From positions 7,721 through 71,720 of the IMG/VR virus record IMGVR_UViG_3300033150_002070: a DNA stretch of 64,000 nt; one strand, given 5' to 3'. How positions within the stretch are numbered: the first letter of the stretch is position 1; every line of letters begins with the position of its first letter. The notes below the pieces were generated by a model, which did not search any database, was not told where the DNA came from, and was given only the letters and a program-made list of their open reading frames with translations. The position numbers and the translations under genes were made by a program. Positions 8,189-17,170 of the stretch are shown in pieces. This DNA is from a virus.

Positions 8189-10249
8189 CTACCTGGGCCT
8201 TAAACCCAGAAAGTTTACTCGGCCGCCGCCTGGAGCACGCGGCCTTTCAATATCTTTACTCGAAGGGATCCCAATCACGTCAAACGACGCGCCGCCCTCA
8301 AGCCTCATAGCCTGCCACATCAGCCACCACGCCATTAGAGGGTCCCCAGTCTTCCTACTCAATCTATACCTCGAAACACTCCTCACAAACTCACAGGCAG
8401 GACACTCACATATAAGATCATAGGGATGATCACTCCAAAACGACCACTCACCCCTTGAAAGCTCATTCATCAACGCAGGAATACCCGATATAAGCGACCG
8501 CTTCTCCTCCGAAGTGAAGAAAGCCTCAAGAGGCATCCCCTCACACTTCCGCTTGAAATACTCCTCAATCGAGCTTTCTGAAGTCTCCATACCAGCCACC
8601 GACATCTCCTCAACCAGAAAATCACGAACCTCAGGATAAGTTCTCACTACCTGAATATACGAAAGACTTCTCACAAGATCAAGTAAAGCAACCTGAAAGC
8701 CGTTAGTCTCAACCATGATAGTTGTCGGCCTGAACTTAAGATACGCAATCAAGATTCTTGTCGCAAGCTCGGTCGGACTATACCGGCCTATATCAAAATA
8801 AGTCGCCCACTTTCGCAAACTCTCATCATACCCACCAACCACAATGGCGCTCTTAGAACCCCTTCCCGAAAGCGACGAAGCTGGATCAACGCCCATATAC
8901 ACAAGCTTCAAAACAGGCCTCGAGGTCGTAAGAGCCGAGATAAGCTCATCATCGGCCACAAACACATCCTCATCGGACAAGGGCCTGTTTCTAAAGGCAA
9001 GATCGAAAATCTGAAGCCCAAGCACGCCAAGACGCTCAGCTAAAGCCTCACGCGACCACTTCTCAGGCCAAAGGGGGTTTAGATTTTCATCTATCGCATA
9101 AAACCTCACCTTCCAGGGTATCTTATCGCCTCGGCGGGCCTGCTCAACTATCTCACTCAAAAGATCTTTCTCGTGCCACAGCGTCCCCAGTATCCAGCAC
9201 CGACCATCCTCCTCCAGAGTGTTAAGCCAAGCGCTCCTGAAAGAGCTTTTAACAGTCTCACGAAGCTTCGGCTGGCTCACAGAGTTTCGCCAGTCACACA
9301 CATCATCAAGTATCAGAAGATCAGCCCTCGCACTCGTAATACCGCTTGTGATACCCATCGCCTCAACTGTTGGGTCCTTGTTAAGCCCAGGACAAGTGCT
9401 TTTGAAATCCCACCTGCCGTCAGCCACAACAGAAAGCAGATGGCTCGACCAGGGATACCCAGGCTTAACCCAAGGAAAAACAAGGCGAAACCGCTCGTTG
9501 TACTCAATAAGAGACCTCAAAGCAGAACATATTGCCGCAGCCTTACCATCGTTATGCGAGCCTATCTTTATGCGTATCGCAGGATTCCGGCCAATCTCCC
9601 ACGAACCGCGCTTTATAGGAATCTGGGAGGTATTATGAGTGATGAACCCGTCGCCGGTAACGAAATTGTGCAGTCCATCAACCTCAATACCGTAGCAAGG
9701 TTGAACGCCAATAAACTTCTTCTTCACGACAATGTCCGAGCCAATCTCATACCCTTCGGGGCCAAGAACAGCAACAACCACTTTATCACCAACTCTCAAG
9801 TCCTCAGCCTTAACCCACTCAAGCCCTCTCAGAAACGGGTGATCCCAACTTACTCTAGCCCGCCTTCCAGTCGCAGTAACTATCTCATAACTTTTCTTAT
9901 ACGCTGAAAAGAACGAGCTTGGCGAAAATGCAGGTTTGATCTCAAGACTCCCAGGATCTAAACTCAAAACTTCACCGCCGCGCCACTTTTCAACTGGAAC
10001 AGCAACCCCATCAGCACCGAGTATAAGCTCACCCTCAACTAAACACTTCCCATGATCCCTCGGGGCTACAATCACCTTGAACTTACCAGGCTCACTCAAA
10101 AACGCCTGCCACTCGCGGTGCATAGCACAGTCCTCTATTCCAAGCACATAAAGGCCGTAGTCATTCACATTAGCCCTCGCACGCTTGATAACCCGCGCAA
10201 GCGAAGCCTTGCTTTCAATAAGACGAAGATCACCCCTGGAAAGTTTCAT
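8189..10249 (-). CDS. terL: Terminase large subunit with mini-intein
   Basis: Walker A 'APRDHGK[intein]TS', Walker B 'ADLLILDD', 'GTLWHEKDL', 'LWPEKWS', nuclease 'MGVDPA', 'VETNGFQ'. Confidence 0.93.
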   Translation of the reverse strand: MKLSRGDLRLIESKASLARVIKRARANVNDYGLYVLGIEDCAMHREWQAFLSEPGKFKVIVAPRDHGKCLVEGELILGADGVAVPVEKWRGGEVLSLDPGSLEIKPAFSPSSFFSAYKKSYEIVTATGRRARVSWDHPFLRGLEWVKAEDLRVGDKVVVAVLGPEGYEIGSDIVVKKKFIGVQPCYGIEVDGLHNFVTGDGFITHNTSQIPIKRGSWEIGRNPAIRIKIGSHNDGKAAAICSALRSLIEYNERFRLVFPWVKPGYPWSSHLLSVVADGRWDFKSTCPGLNKDPTVEAMGITSGITSARADLLILDDVCDWRNSVSQPKLRETVKSSFRSAWLNTLEEDGRCWILGTLWHEKDLLSEIVEQARRGDKIPWKVRFYAIDENLNPLWPEKWSREALAERLGVLGLQIFDLAFRNRPLSDEDVFVADDELISALTTSRPVLKLVYMGVDPASSLSGRGSKSAIVVGGYDESLRKWATYFDIGRYSPTELATRILIAYLKFRPTTIMVETNGFQVALLDLVRSLSYIQVVRTYPEVRDFLVEEMSVAGMETSESSIEEYFKRKCEGMPLEAFFTSEEKRSLISGIPALMNELSRGEWSFWSDHPYDLICECPACEFVRSVSRYRLSRKTGDPLMAWWLMWQAMRLEGGASFDVIGIPSSKDIERPRAPGGGRVNFLGLRPR
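9632..10045 (-). mobile_element. Mini-intein (138 aa, no homing endonuclease) in TerL P-loop
   Basis: Starts CLVEGELI, block B 'SWDHPFL', 'WVKAEDLRVGD', block F 'CYGIEVDGLHNF', ends 'FITHN' followed by Thr. Confidence 0.92.
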
Positions 10250-10844
10250 CCTTCCTCCAAAACGCTAAATACGTCCCTCGAAGCCAAAAGACCCGATGCC
10301 CCGACGAAAACTCATTAACAAAACGATCCACACCATCCTCATGATGAAAGTCATGCCAGGCAATCACACCACCAGGAACAACCATCCTTAAAGCCTCCAA
10401 GGTGTCGTGGGAGACCACCTCATACGAGTGATCGCCGTCTATGAAAACAAGGCCGACCCTGCCGTAAAAGGGAGAAAAGTCAAACTCAAGTGAGTCGGCC
10501 CTGATAAGATGAACACGCTCGTTGCCCTTTACAAGACTCCCGAAATCATCCACCCACGAGCCGTTATCAAGCGAATAAACTACACCACCCTCACCGACAT
10601 TCTCAGCCAAAGCACGAGTCGTGTGGCCAAGGAACGTTCCAATCTCAAAGACGGTTCTGAAACCGAAAAACTTGATGAACCTACATAAAGCCTCCACCTC
10701 AGCCCTGAAACACGCCATCACAACACCAGAAGGATACGAGGGCCACCTTACGGAAGCAGTATCAAGCTTCCAAGAAAACGCCTCCCCGACCGATCTTACC
10801 GGAACCACCACTCGTCTCCTCCAAAATCTCAGCATCATCAACAA
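10230..10844 (-). CDS. Class I SAM-dependent methyltransferase (Methyltransf_24-like)
   Basis: 'VFEIGTFLGHTT', 'LVFIDGDHSYEVVSHD', 'PGGVIAWHD'. Confidence 0.82.
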   Translation of the reverse strand: MLMMLRFWRRRVVVPVRSVGEAFSWKLDTASVRWPSYPSGVVMACFRAEVEALCRFIKFFGFRTVFEIGTFLGHTTRALAENVGEGGVVYSLDNGSWVDDFGSLVKGNERVHLIRADSLEFDFSPFYGRVGLVFIDGDHSYEVVSHDTLEALRMVVPGGVIAWHDFHHEDGVDRFVNEFSSGHRVFWLRGTYLAFWRKDETFQG

Positions 10845-11148
10845 TATTCCCAGTAGATCCAGCTTCGCCCATCTTCTGAAGCGCAGCCTCAGCCTCCGTC
10901 AAAATCCTCTCAATATCATCGTGAGAAACCTCACCTCGACCAAGATCGACCAGAACTTTCCTCAAAACATCAACGGCCATAACAAGCTCCCGGACCGAAG
11001 CCTCCTCAGCACGCATCCGAACTTCCTTGATGAGATAAAGAAGGTCGTTAACAACACGGAGCGTGTCTGCGTCCGAAAGCTGTACCACGCCGCTGAAATA
11101 GTTCTGCCTCGCCAGATGTCCCCTTACCCGCTTCTCTATCGCTCCCAT
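10762..11148 (-). CDS. Candidate terminase small subunit
   Basis: Small helical protein, first gene of the late operon upstream of TerL; SD GGAGGT before ATG 11148; call is positional. Confidence 0.45.
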   Translation of the reverse strand: MGAIEKRVRGHLARQNYFSGVVQLSDADTLRVVNDLLYLIKEVRMRAEEASVRELVMAVDVLRKVLVDLGRGEVSHDDIERILTEAEAALQKMGEAGSTGNIVDDAEILEETSGGSGKIGRGGVFLEA

Positions 11149-11171
11149 AATACCTCCTTCTTGCACTGGTT

Positions 11172-11200
11172 AAGATAAAGAAAGGGTGCGAAGTTGTCAA
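11172..11200 (-). promoter_or_regulatory. Sigma70-type promoter for the late/packaging operon
   Basis: Minus strand TTGACA-N17-TATCTT just upstream of the TerS candidate. Confidence 0.65.
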
Positions 11201-11502
11201 GAGAGAATTGTCCGAGAAATACGATTTTGGTGGGGCGAAATTTGGGAGGACGTTCCTACCCACCCTTCGCATCCTATTGATTTTCAATAACTTCCCGATT
11301 TTTCTCTGATGGTGCAATGCACAGTTTACATATTGCTGTGGCAAAATGGGACAAGATGTGGAAAAATGGTACATTGGAAAATTTTGTTGATTTCTTATAA
11401 ATGGATATTTTTCAATCACTTATAGAATTTTTCAATTCAGCTCCATTTTTGAAGAAATATAACAAGCTCATAAATCATTGTCTTTCAATCGCTTACACCT
11501 TT

Positions 11503-11518
11503 TGGCACAGCAATTGCA
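11503..11518 (+). promoter_or_regulatory. Sigma54 (-24/-12) promoter-like site
   Basis: TGGCACAGCAATTGCA matches TGGCAC-N5-TTGCW; IHF-like sites upstream (about 11410, 11483). Confidence 0.65.
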
Positions 11519-11538
11519 TCTTGGAAAGGATGACAATC

Positions 11539-11550
11539 GCTCTTTGACAA
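11539..11550 (+). promoter_or_regulatory. boxA-like antitermination element
   Basis: GCTCTTTGACAA in leader; identical copy at 12283-12294. Confidence 0.45.
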
Positions 11551-11573
11551 TTAGGCTGGCAAAGGAGGTCAAG

Positions 11574-11762
11574 ATGTACTATACCTTTTCTAGGTTTCTG
11601 ATCGAACGAAATAGCTATGGTATTTCTGTAGAATACTCACATCGGAATACCATAGCTTTCGTATCGATCTCCAGGAATCCGATCCATGGGTCGAAGCATT
11701 TCCACCTTCGTTTCCATCGGATCGGAAGAAACATTCTCGATCTCACATGGGATCGAGGATGA
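11574..11762 (+). CDS. Small early hypothetical protein
   Basis: AAGGAGGT SD then ATG 11574; 62 aa. Confidence 0.6.
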   Translation: MYYTFSRFLIERNSYGISVEYSHRNTIAFVSISRNPIHGSKHFHLRFHRIGRNILDLTWDRG

Positions 11763-11803
11763 TCTCCAAGCCAAGCTGTGGGGCATGAAAGGAGGACGAA
11801 GCG

Positions 11804-12046
11804 ATGGCAAATCTCCGAAATATTCTGAAGGTCGAGCAGAAAGAGAAGGGCTCGAAAAAGACCTACTTCATGTTCGAAAGTGGAAAGCCCTACTACGATG
11901 ATGTGATAGAGGTCAGAAACCAGCTCGGCCCTCTTGCGAACGAGCTGGTAGGAATGTTTCTCGTGTTCCTGAATCAGGCTCCAGATCAGGATGTTCAGAC
12001 TGTTCTGGAGATGATCAGAAAGAAGGATCAGAAGAAGAATAGCTGA
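11804..12046 (+). CDS. Small early hypothetical protein
   Basis: AGGAGG SD, 80 aa, followed by terminator. Confidence 0.7.
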   Translation: MANLRNILKVEQKEKGSKKTYFMFESGKPYYDDVIEVRNQLGPLANELVGMFLVFLNQAPDQDVQTVLEMIRKKDQKKNS

Positions 12047-12052
12047 AAAGCC

Positions 12053-12082
12053 AAGCCAAGCCCCACAGCTTGGCTTTTTTTT
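12053..12082 (+). terminator. Rho-independent terminator
   Basis: AAGCCAAGC-cccaca-GCTTGGCTT followed by T-run. Confidence 0.75.
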
Positions 12083-12088
12083 GAAAGA

Positions 12089-12196
12089 CTATTTGCGTTT
12101 TTGCGCAAATAGTACACTAATTAGTGTTTAGCTATTCTATGATCACATTCAGAATTGTGATCATAGAATTAGCGATTTGCGCAAGGACGCAAATAG
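12089..12196. repeat. Nested palindrome / inverted-repeat cluster
   Basis: Outer arms CTATTTGCGTTTTTGCGCAAAT / ATTTGCGCAAGGACGCAAATAG; inner ACACTAATTAGTGT; 13-bp TTCTATGATCACA...TGTGATCATAGAA. Confidence 0.85.
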
Positions 12197-12199
12197 CAA

Positions 12200-12215
12200 A
12201 GCAAATTTCATGCCA
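12200..12215 (-). promoter_or_regulatory. Sigma54-like site (antisense to early genes)
   Basis: Minus strand TGGCATGAAATTTGCT. Confidence 0.5.
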
Positions 12216-12329
12216 GCCCAGCGTCTAGCCCCTCCCCTTCCTTCTCTAGTAGAAGTCCAGACAGAAGAAGGGGGGGGCTGGTGCTCTTTGACAAACTAGC
12301 CTTCCTGGTGGCCCAGGAAGGAGGTACAG

Positions 12330-12623
12330 ATGAATAGATGGGTTGAAATCTGCCGTCGTTCGCATCCCCAGGGCGAGGGATGCGACAAGGTTCACCTTTC
12401 GTCTGAGGATTTCGATCGAGTATGCAGGTGGACCCGCCCCTTCTGGGCCTACAGCCCGGATCTGGGGCGGTATGTTCGATGCGTGAAGAGCAGGTTCGAT
12501 CCGGCTCTTCATGGAGAAGGCAAGTCGGGCAAGGTCTGGACGGGCCTTGCCCGGGCTGAGGACATTGAAATAGTTCGAGAGGGAGATGTGAGAAACTATT
12601 GGGAGGGTCGGGCGAAACTCTGA
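12330..12623 (+). CDS. Early hypothetical protein
   Basis: AGGAGGT SD, 97 aa, followed by terminator. Confidence 0.7.
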   Translation: MNRWVEICRRSHPQGEGCDKVHLSSEDFDRVCRWTRPFWAYSPDLGRYVRCVKSRFDPALHGEGKSGKVWTGLARAEDIEIVREGDVRNYWEGRAKL

Positions 12624-12663
12624 TCCTCCCCAGCCAGAGGCCACCGGGAAGGCTACCCATACC

Positions 12664-12699
12664 AGGCCGTCGGGTAGTCACCCGGCGGCCTTTTTTTTT
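12664..12699 (+). terminator. Rho-independent terminator
   Basis: AGGCCGTCGGGT-agtc-ACCCGGCGGCCT plus T-run. Confidence 0.85.
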
Positions 12700-12787
12700 C
12701 TCCTAGTTCCTCGAAACCACACCATCAAGGCCTAGTAGAGTGAAGATGTGGTAAAGGGGGGGGCTGGGACTTCCAGAAAGGAGCTAA

Positions 12788-13219
12788 ATGATGGAAAAGT
12801 GGCTGTGCGTATACTCGTTCAAGGCAAAGGACGGGTACCAGTTCGAGTACGGGGACGTTTATACGTCCGAAGACCTTCTGAAGCACGACGCTTCGGCTGA
12901 GTGCTTCACTAGACTCGATCACATCGACTTCGACGCTGGCTCGATAGAGAAAATTTACGAATCAGCAGTCGAGGAAAACTGGGCTAGGACCCATTGGTGC
13001 CCACATGGGTATCGTCCTAGTCCAACGTGCCCCTTTTACGGCATCCGCTGTCGTGATGGATGCCGCAAGGGACCTAAACCGAAATACACGAAAAATATTA
13101 GAGGCTCTACTAACATGAAAGTCCTTGACCAGATAGACCGTATCCAGAGACGGCTTCCTGAGGCCCGTGCTGAGATATTTATCGAAGCACTGGGCCTCAG
13201 GGACAGGATCAGGAGCTAG
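12788..13219 (+). CDS. Hypothetical Cys-containing protein
   Basis: AAGGAG SD; CPH-x6-CP-x5-C-x3-C cluster. Confidence 0.65.
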   Translation: MMEKWLCVYSFKAKDGYQFEYGDVYTSEDLLKHDASAECFTRLDHIDFDAGSIEKIYESAVEENWARTHWCPHGYRPSPTCPFYGIRCRDGCRKGPKPKYTKNIRGSTNMKVLDQIDRIQRRLPEARAEIFIEALGLRDRIRS

Positions 13220-13221
13220 CG

Positions 13222-13575
13222 ATGGACAAGAAGGAGGAACCGATACATCCGCTTACTAAGCTGTGGGTTGCCGGAGAAGTTCTCAGCCTCCTTGAATCCA
13301 GCGGGGCTGAGTATCCGTCCAAGGCAGTGGAAGACTTCGCCAGCGAACTAGATAAGGTCTGCGCAGGATCACAGCTTGCCGGCGAAGTTCGCAGTGAAGT
13401 CAAAACCCAGAACATTGAGACGCTGAAGGGTTTGGTCAGAAGGCTTGATGGGCTGTACGCAGATGAGGTTGCTAAAGCCCTTACAGCAAAGACTCTTGAG
13501 GAAGAGGAAACTCATTTCGAGAGAGCTAGGGAGATCGAGACCATCCTGGGTCTCCTGCACATTTCTCTGCGCTGA
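13222..13575 (+). CDS. Hypothetical helical protein
   Basis: AGGAG SD, coupled to the previous gene. Confidence 0.65.
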   Translation: MDKKEEPIHPLTKLWVAGEVLSLLESSGAEYPSKAVEDFASELDKVCAGSQLAGEVRSEVKTQNIETLKGLVRRLDGLYADEVAKALTAKTLEEEETHFERAREIETILGLLHISLR

Positions 13576-13699
13576 GCAGAACCGACGGCACGGCAGGACA
13601 TTGGCCCGGACGCTAGTCCAGCCATGTCCTGCACCTTTCGAGAGTAAGTACCAGTACGGCAAGCTTCGAGAAAGGGGGGGGTGAATTAGAGTTTTCTAA

Positions 13700-14802
13700 C
13701 ATTTGTCGGACAATTCTTAGGCCGATCCAGGCGTTTTTGGCGGTATATAAACACGAATAACATTTCTCGGACAATCTAGTTTCCGAAGTGTTCACCCGTT
13801 CTTTGATAGTTAAGTTACTGAAAACAAAGAACTTAAGCTGGAAATGGGGCTGATTATTTTTCGGACAATCTGAGGGTGTGCTATTGTCCGAAAAATCCTC
13901 ACACCCAACCCATTCAGCACGAAGAAGTTAGCTGGAAATGGGCTTGAGAAATCTTGCTATTTTTCGGACAATAGTGCGTCGGAAATTCGGACAATTCGTA
14001 TGAAGCGAAGCAGTAAACTGTTCTGTCTCAACGGTTTAAAGCGACCGTTCTCATGTATAGGATTTTTCGGACAAAACAGAGACAATTGTCCGAAATTCCA
14101 AGCTCAATAAAATCAACAGCTTAAGTCCAAAATAGCCATTGTCCGAAAAATAGATTGTCCGAAAAATGTTAAGGATTGTCCGAAGTATAATTCATTATTT
14201 TTCAATAACTTAGCTCAAAAATAGCCCCAAAATCGGTATCAATCCCGAAAACATATACATGTGTATATAGAATGCATAAGTTCAATAAAAACAGACACTT
14301 ATCTTATCTTCAAGAAAAACAATTACTTACAGAAAACTATTGAGACGCAGTAGTTTACGAATACCAGAAAATAAATCGGACACAGAAATCTAACCTTTCC
14401 GAAAAACTAAATCATTCTGCGGCAAAAGCATAAACGTATAATTCGGACAAACGCATTCATTTCTAGGAAATGTCCGAATTATACTGTTGAAATTCTAACT
14501 CAAAAACCCTATATTTAGGACAGAACTATGGAGCTAGTACTAGAAGCGAAAATAATAAGATACTGTAAAATATAGAGTTATAGAGTCTATATACATACGT
14601 CGATATATGTGTGAGCTGAGAATGGGGTTGACGTCTGGCGAAGAAGAGTTGCGGCTGGCGTCCAAAAATTCCGCCTAACCTTCCACCAGCTCCAACTTCT
14701 TCCACCAGTCGTCACTCCCAAACCATCGAAAGTCATAAACACTGTAACTTAATGTCGGCGAGCTATTTACAGAAGGGGGGCGGTTGGTGAAGATTTGTCC
14801 GA
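13700..14802. repeat. AT-rich non-coding region with TTGTCCGA/TCGGACAA iteron-like repeats and IHF-like sites
   Basis: At least 12 exact octamers in both orientations (13706, 13767, 13861, 13884, 13964, 13987, 14067, 14086, 14139, 14155, 14176, 14443, 14795); AATCAACAGCTTA at 14111 fits WATCAANNNNTTR. Confidence 0.8.
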
Positions 14803-14821
14803 CAAAAGCAGAGGAGGTTGT

Positions 14822-15019
14822 ATGGAGCGTCGAGTCTTTGTGTTCTTGTACGATGAGCATGAGGTAGGAAATCGTAGTTGTCCTGCATGCTTTGGACGAA
14901 ACCCAGACCGCTGCAGGTGTGAAGGGTTGATACATCACGAGCTCCTTGACGAGTCTGAGGATGGGTATGTGGTCATCCACATGTGTGATAAGTGTGGCCT
15001 TCGTCAAGTGGAGGCTTAG
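14822..15019 (+). CDS. Small Zn-finger-like protein
   Basis: GGAGG SD before ATG (MERRVF...); CPAC, CRC, HHE, CDKC. Confidence 0.55.
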   Translation: MERRVFVFLYDEHEVGNRSCPACFGRNPDRCRCEGLIHHELLDESEDGYVVIHMCDKCGLRQVEA

Positions 15020-15035
15020 CTGAAAGGGGGTTGAT

Positions 15036-15269
15036 ATGGACTTTCGCGTTGTCAACTTCGCTCGTCGTGAGTGGAAGGTTTATGATCCTGAGGCCAGGTC
15101 TAGTATAGCCAGGGTTGTGAGATCGGCCAGGAGGCTCTATGGAGGGCGTTCTATTCCGAGGTTCGTGCATGTCTCAGCGTGCTTCGTGGCGTCCCAGGTC
15201 AGGACTGAGGTCCAGCGTATCATAAGTGAGAAGGTGATTGATGTGCTGGTTGAGGAGGTCAGGAGGTAA
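15036..15269 (+). CDS. Hypothetical protein
   Basis: 77 aa ORF with purine-rich SD. Confidence 0.55.
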   Translation: MDFRVVNFARREWKVYDPEARSSIARVVRSARRLYGGRSIPRFVHVSACFVASQVRTEVQRIISEKVIDVLVEEVRR

Positions 15270-15289
15270 AGCAAGCAAGGAGGTCTCAA

Positions 15290-15583
15290 ATGGTGCGGAT
15301 AATTGATAGGACAGGTGGAAAGGGTTCCCGCTTTTCTCTCTTGAATGGGTTGACTGTATGCTATAAACTTCGTGGGGAGATGCGGGATAACAGGTCGTTA
15401 TTAGTTTTCACCGACTTAGCTTCTAGAACCGATAGAGAGGAGGGAAGATCGATGATCCGGATTGTGGATAGGACTAGAGATGGCAAACTCCGCTCGGTTT
15501 TGATGGAGGACCAAGAAGTAGAGTACCGGCCCCAAAGAAGGGGAGGGGAAGACACACATAAGCCCCTGCTTGTTTTTTGTTAG
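15290..15583 (+). pseudogene. Two fused truncated remnants of the 17-20 kb paralog family
   Basis: Internal repeat MVRIIDRT...LLVFTDL / MIRIVDRTRDGKLRSVLM...VEYRP...PLLVF resembles the N-half of the array proteins; internal SD and ATG. Confidence 0.45.
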
Positions 15584-15700
15584 CTAGGTCTCTAAAGAGA
15601 AGTTCTTTCGGAGGTAGAAGAGGCTCTGACTAGTGCTGAGGGCAAACAGGAGCGTTAGTCAGGGCCTTCCGTCCTGTCGTGTTACCAAGGAGGTGGAGAA

Positions 15701-16252
15701 ATGAAACGGACACTTAGACTTTCAGGCCAGGCCCTGCTTGAGGGCAAGACTCGCGTCGATCTATTTGAGGATGGGGACCTCTGGCTGTACGAAGGAACGC
15801 TCAGTACGGAGAGGGGATTAGTTTCCGCCCGCGGCAAGTACTCCTTCCGAGGCTTCGTATTCGACGTCGAGGCCTCAATACTTCCCTCTACCTCAGAGCT
15901 AGAAACGCTTGACGATCTTCTTAGTGTGGAGTGGGTAGACCTCCAGCTTTATATCGGGGCACTTCAGGACATTCCTGACGGCGAGCCTGAAGAAATTCTC
16001 CAGCTCGCTGAGGAGGTTCAGAAAGAGCTTTCTCTCGATTCCGATTTCTTAGACCAAGTGAGGACGAAGCTAGGGAGCAGGTGCTGGATCAAAGCAAAAG
16101 AGGGAGAACACATCGAGGTCACCTGCCCCTTCTGCGGGACTGTGTGTAGGTGTGAGAGGGACGACGAGAATTTTGTCGTCACCTTCTCCTGTGAGCATCT
16201 TACCGGGGAGTGGGACTATGACCCCGATCTTGAGTTTGCGTTTGAGGCATAG
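15701..16252 (+). CDS. Hypothetical protein with C-terminal Zn ribbon
   Basis: AAGGAGGT SD; CPFCG...CEH. Confidence 0.7.
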   Translation: MKRTLRLSGQALLEGKTRVDLFEDGDLWLYEGTLSTERGLVSARGKYSFRGFVFDVEASILPSTSELETLDDLLSVEWVDLQLYIGALQDIPDGEPEEILQLAEEVQKELSLDSDFLDQVRTKLGSRCWIKAKEGEHIEVTCPFCGTVCRCERDDENFVVTFSCEHLTGEWDYDPDLEFAFEA

Positions 16253-16304
16253 CCTTTCTAGGTAGCGAGAGTGTGAAGTTAGCTGGTGAAACAGGAGGTA
16301 GCTT

Positions 16305-16508
16305 ATGGGTCTTCTCATGGCCTGGACAGCGTTTGCTGGAAACCTCCTTTTCGGAGGACTGGTAGTGTGGCTTGTGTGGAACTGGGCGCTTGTGGGTACG
16401 ATATGCTTTGTGGATCACATTAGTTTCCCGAAGGCTGTGGGACTTATGCTTCTGGTGTGGACTTTTGCCAGGCCTTGGGTCAGGATAAAGTTAAACGGGA
16501 GGTTGTAG
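16305..16508 (+). CDS. Small membrane protein
   Basis: Two hydrophobic segments; AGGAGGT SD. Confidence 0.6.
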   Translation: MGLLMAWTAFAGNLLFGGLVVWLVWNWALVGTICFVDHISFPKAVGLMLLVWTFARPWVRIKLNGRL

Positions 16509-16726
16509 CATGAAGAAAGTTCCACGATTCAAGTTAGTTTGGGCAGGCAAAAGCGAGCGTGTCCTTCACTTAAGGCTTGAAGGGCAAGATCGGACTCTCT
16601 GCGGAAGACGTTTCTATTGGCCGTCAGCACATAACAACAGGCCGCTTTGCAAAGTGTGCTACCAAGCGGCTCTCCGGTATCTGCGGTAGCGACGTGTAAC
16701 CAGGAGAGTGAAACGAGCAGAAGGGG

Positions 16727-17071
16727 GTGTTAGTGATGAGATGCGCGCTGTGTGGTAAGTCTATAGAGGATCAGGAGTGGGTCATGTACGAGAATGGCGT
16801 GGCTCACAGGGAATGTTGGGAAACTAAGCGCGGTGAGCGTGATAAGTGTCTGGACGTGTTGACTGATGCTGTTCTGGCTTACCTTACGAAGGAGAAAGTT
16901 GATCTTGGACCGTTTCTCGACAAGACTGAAGTTCCGCCGTTTCTGGAAGAGTTTGTAGAGACGGTAATTGAGGTGGTAAGTGAGGAGCTGTGGGAGGAAG
17001 TTAAAGTGATGGCACGCAGGAAGCTCCAGGACGAGCTTTCCAAAAACGTATGGGAGGTGCTGGGCTTATGA
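16727..17071 (+). CDS. Hypothetical protein with N-terminal treble-clef Zn finger
   Basis: CALCGK...HREC. Confidence 0.6.
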   Translation: MLVMRCALCGKSIEDQEWVMYENGVAHRECWETKRGERDKCLDVLTDAVLAYLTKEKVDLGPFLDKTEVPPFLEEFVETVIEVVSEELWEEVKVMARRKLQDELSKNVWEVLGL

Positions 17072-17170
17072 GCTACTGTGCAGTGTTTGTGATCGGGTTC
17101 GTAGCGGGGTGGGTGTGGAATGAGGTCGTGGACTGGGCGTTAAGTTCGTGGCTAAGAAAGGGGGCAGGCG

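Noticed and set aside
9173-9907. 244-aa plus-strand ORF
   Set aside because: Antisense shadow of terL with no recognisable motifs
13700-14802. CRISPR array
   Set aside because: Repeats are only 8 bp, in both orientations and irregularly spaced; no cas genes
16255-16730. Hammerhead ribozyme suggested by GTGAAAC motifs
   Set aside because: No correctly placed CTGANGA core or supporting stems found
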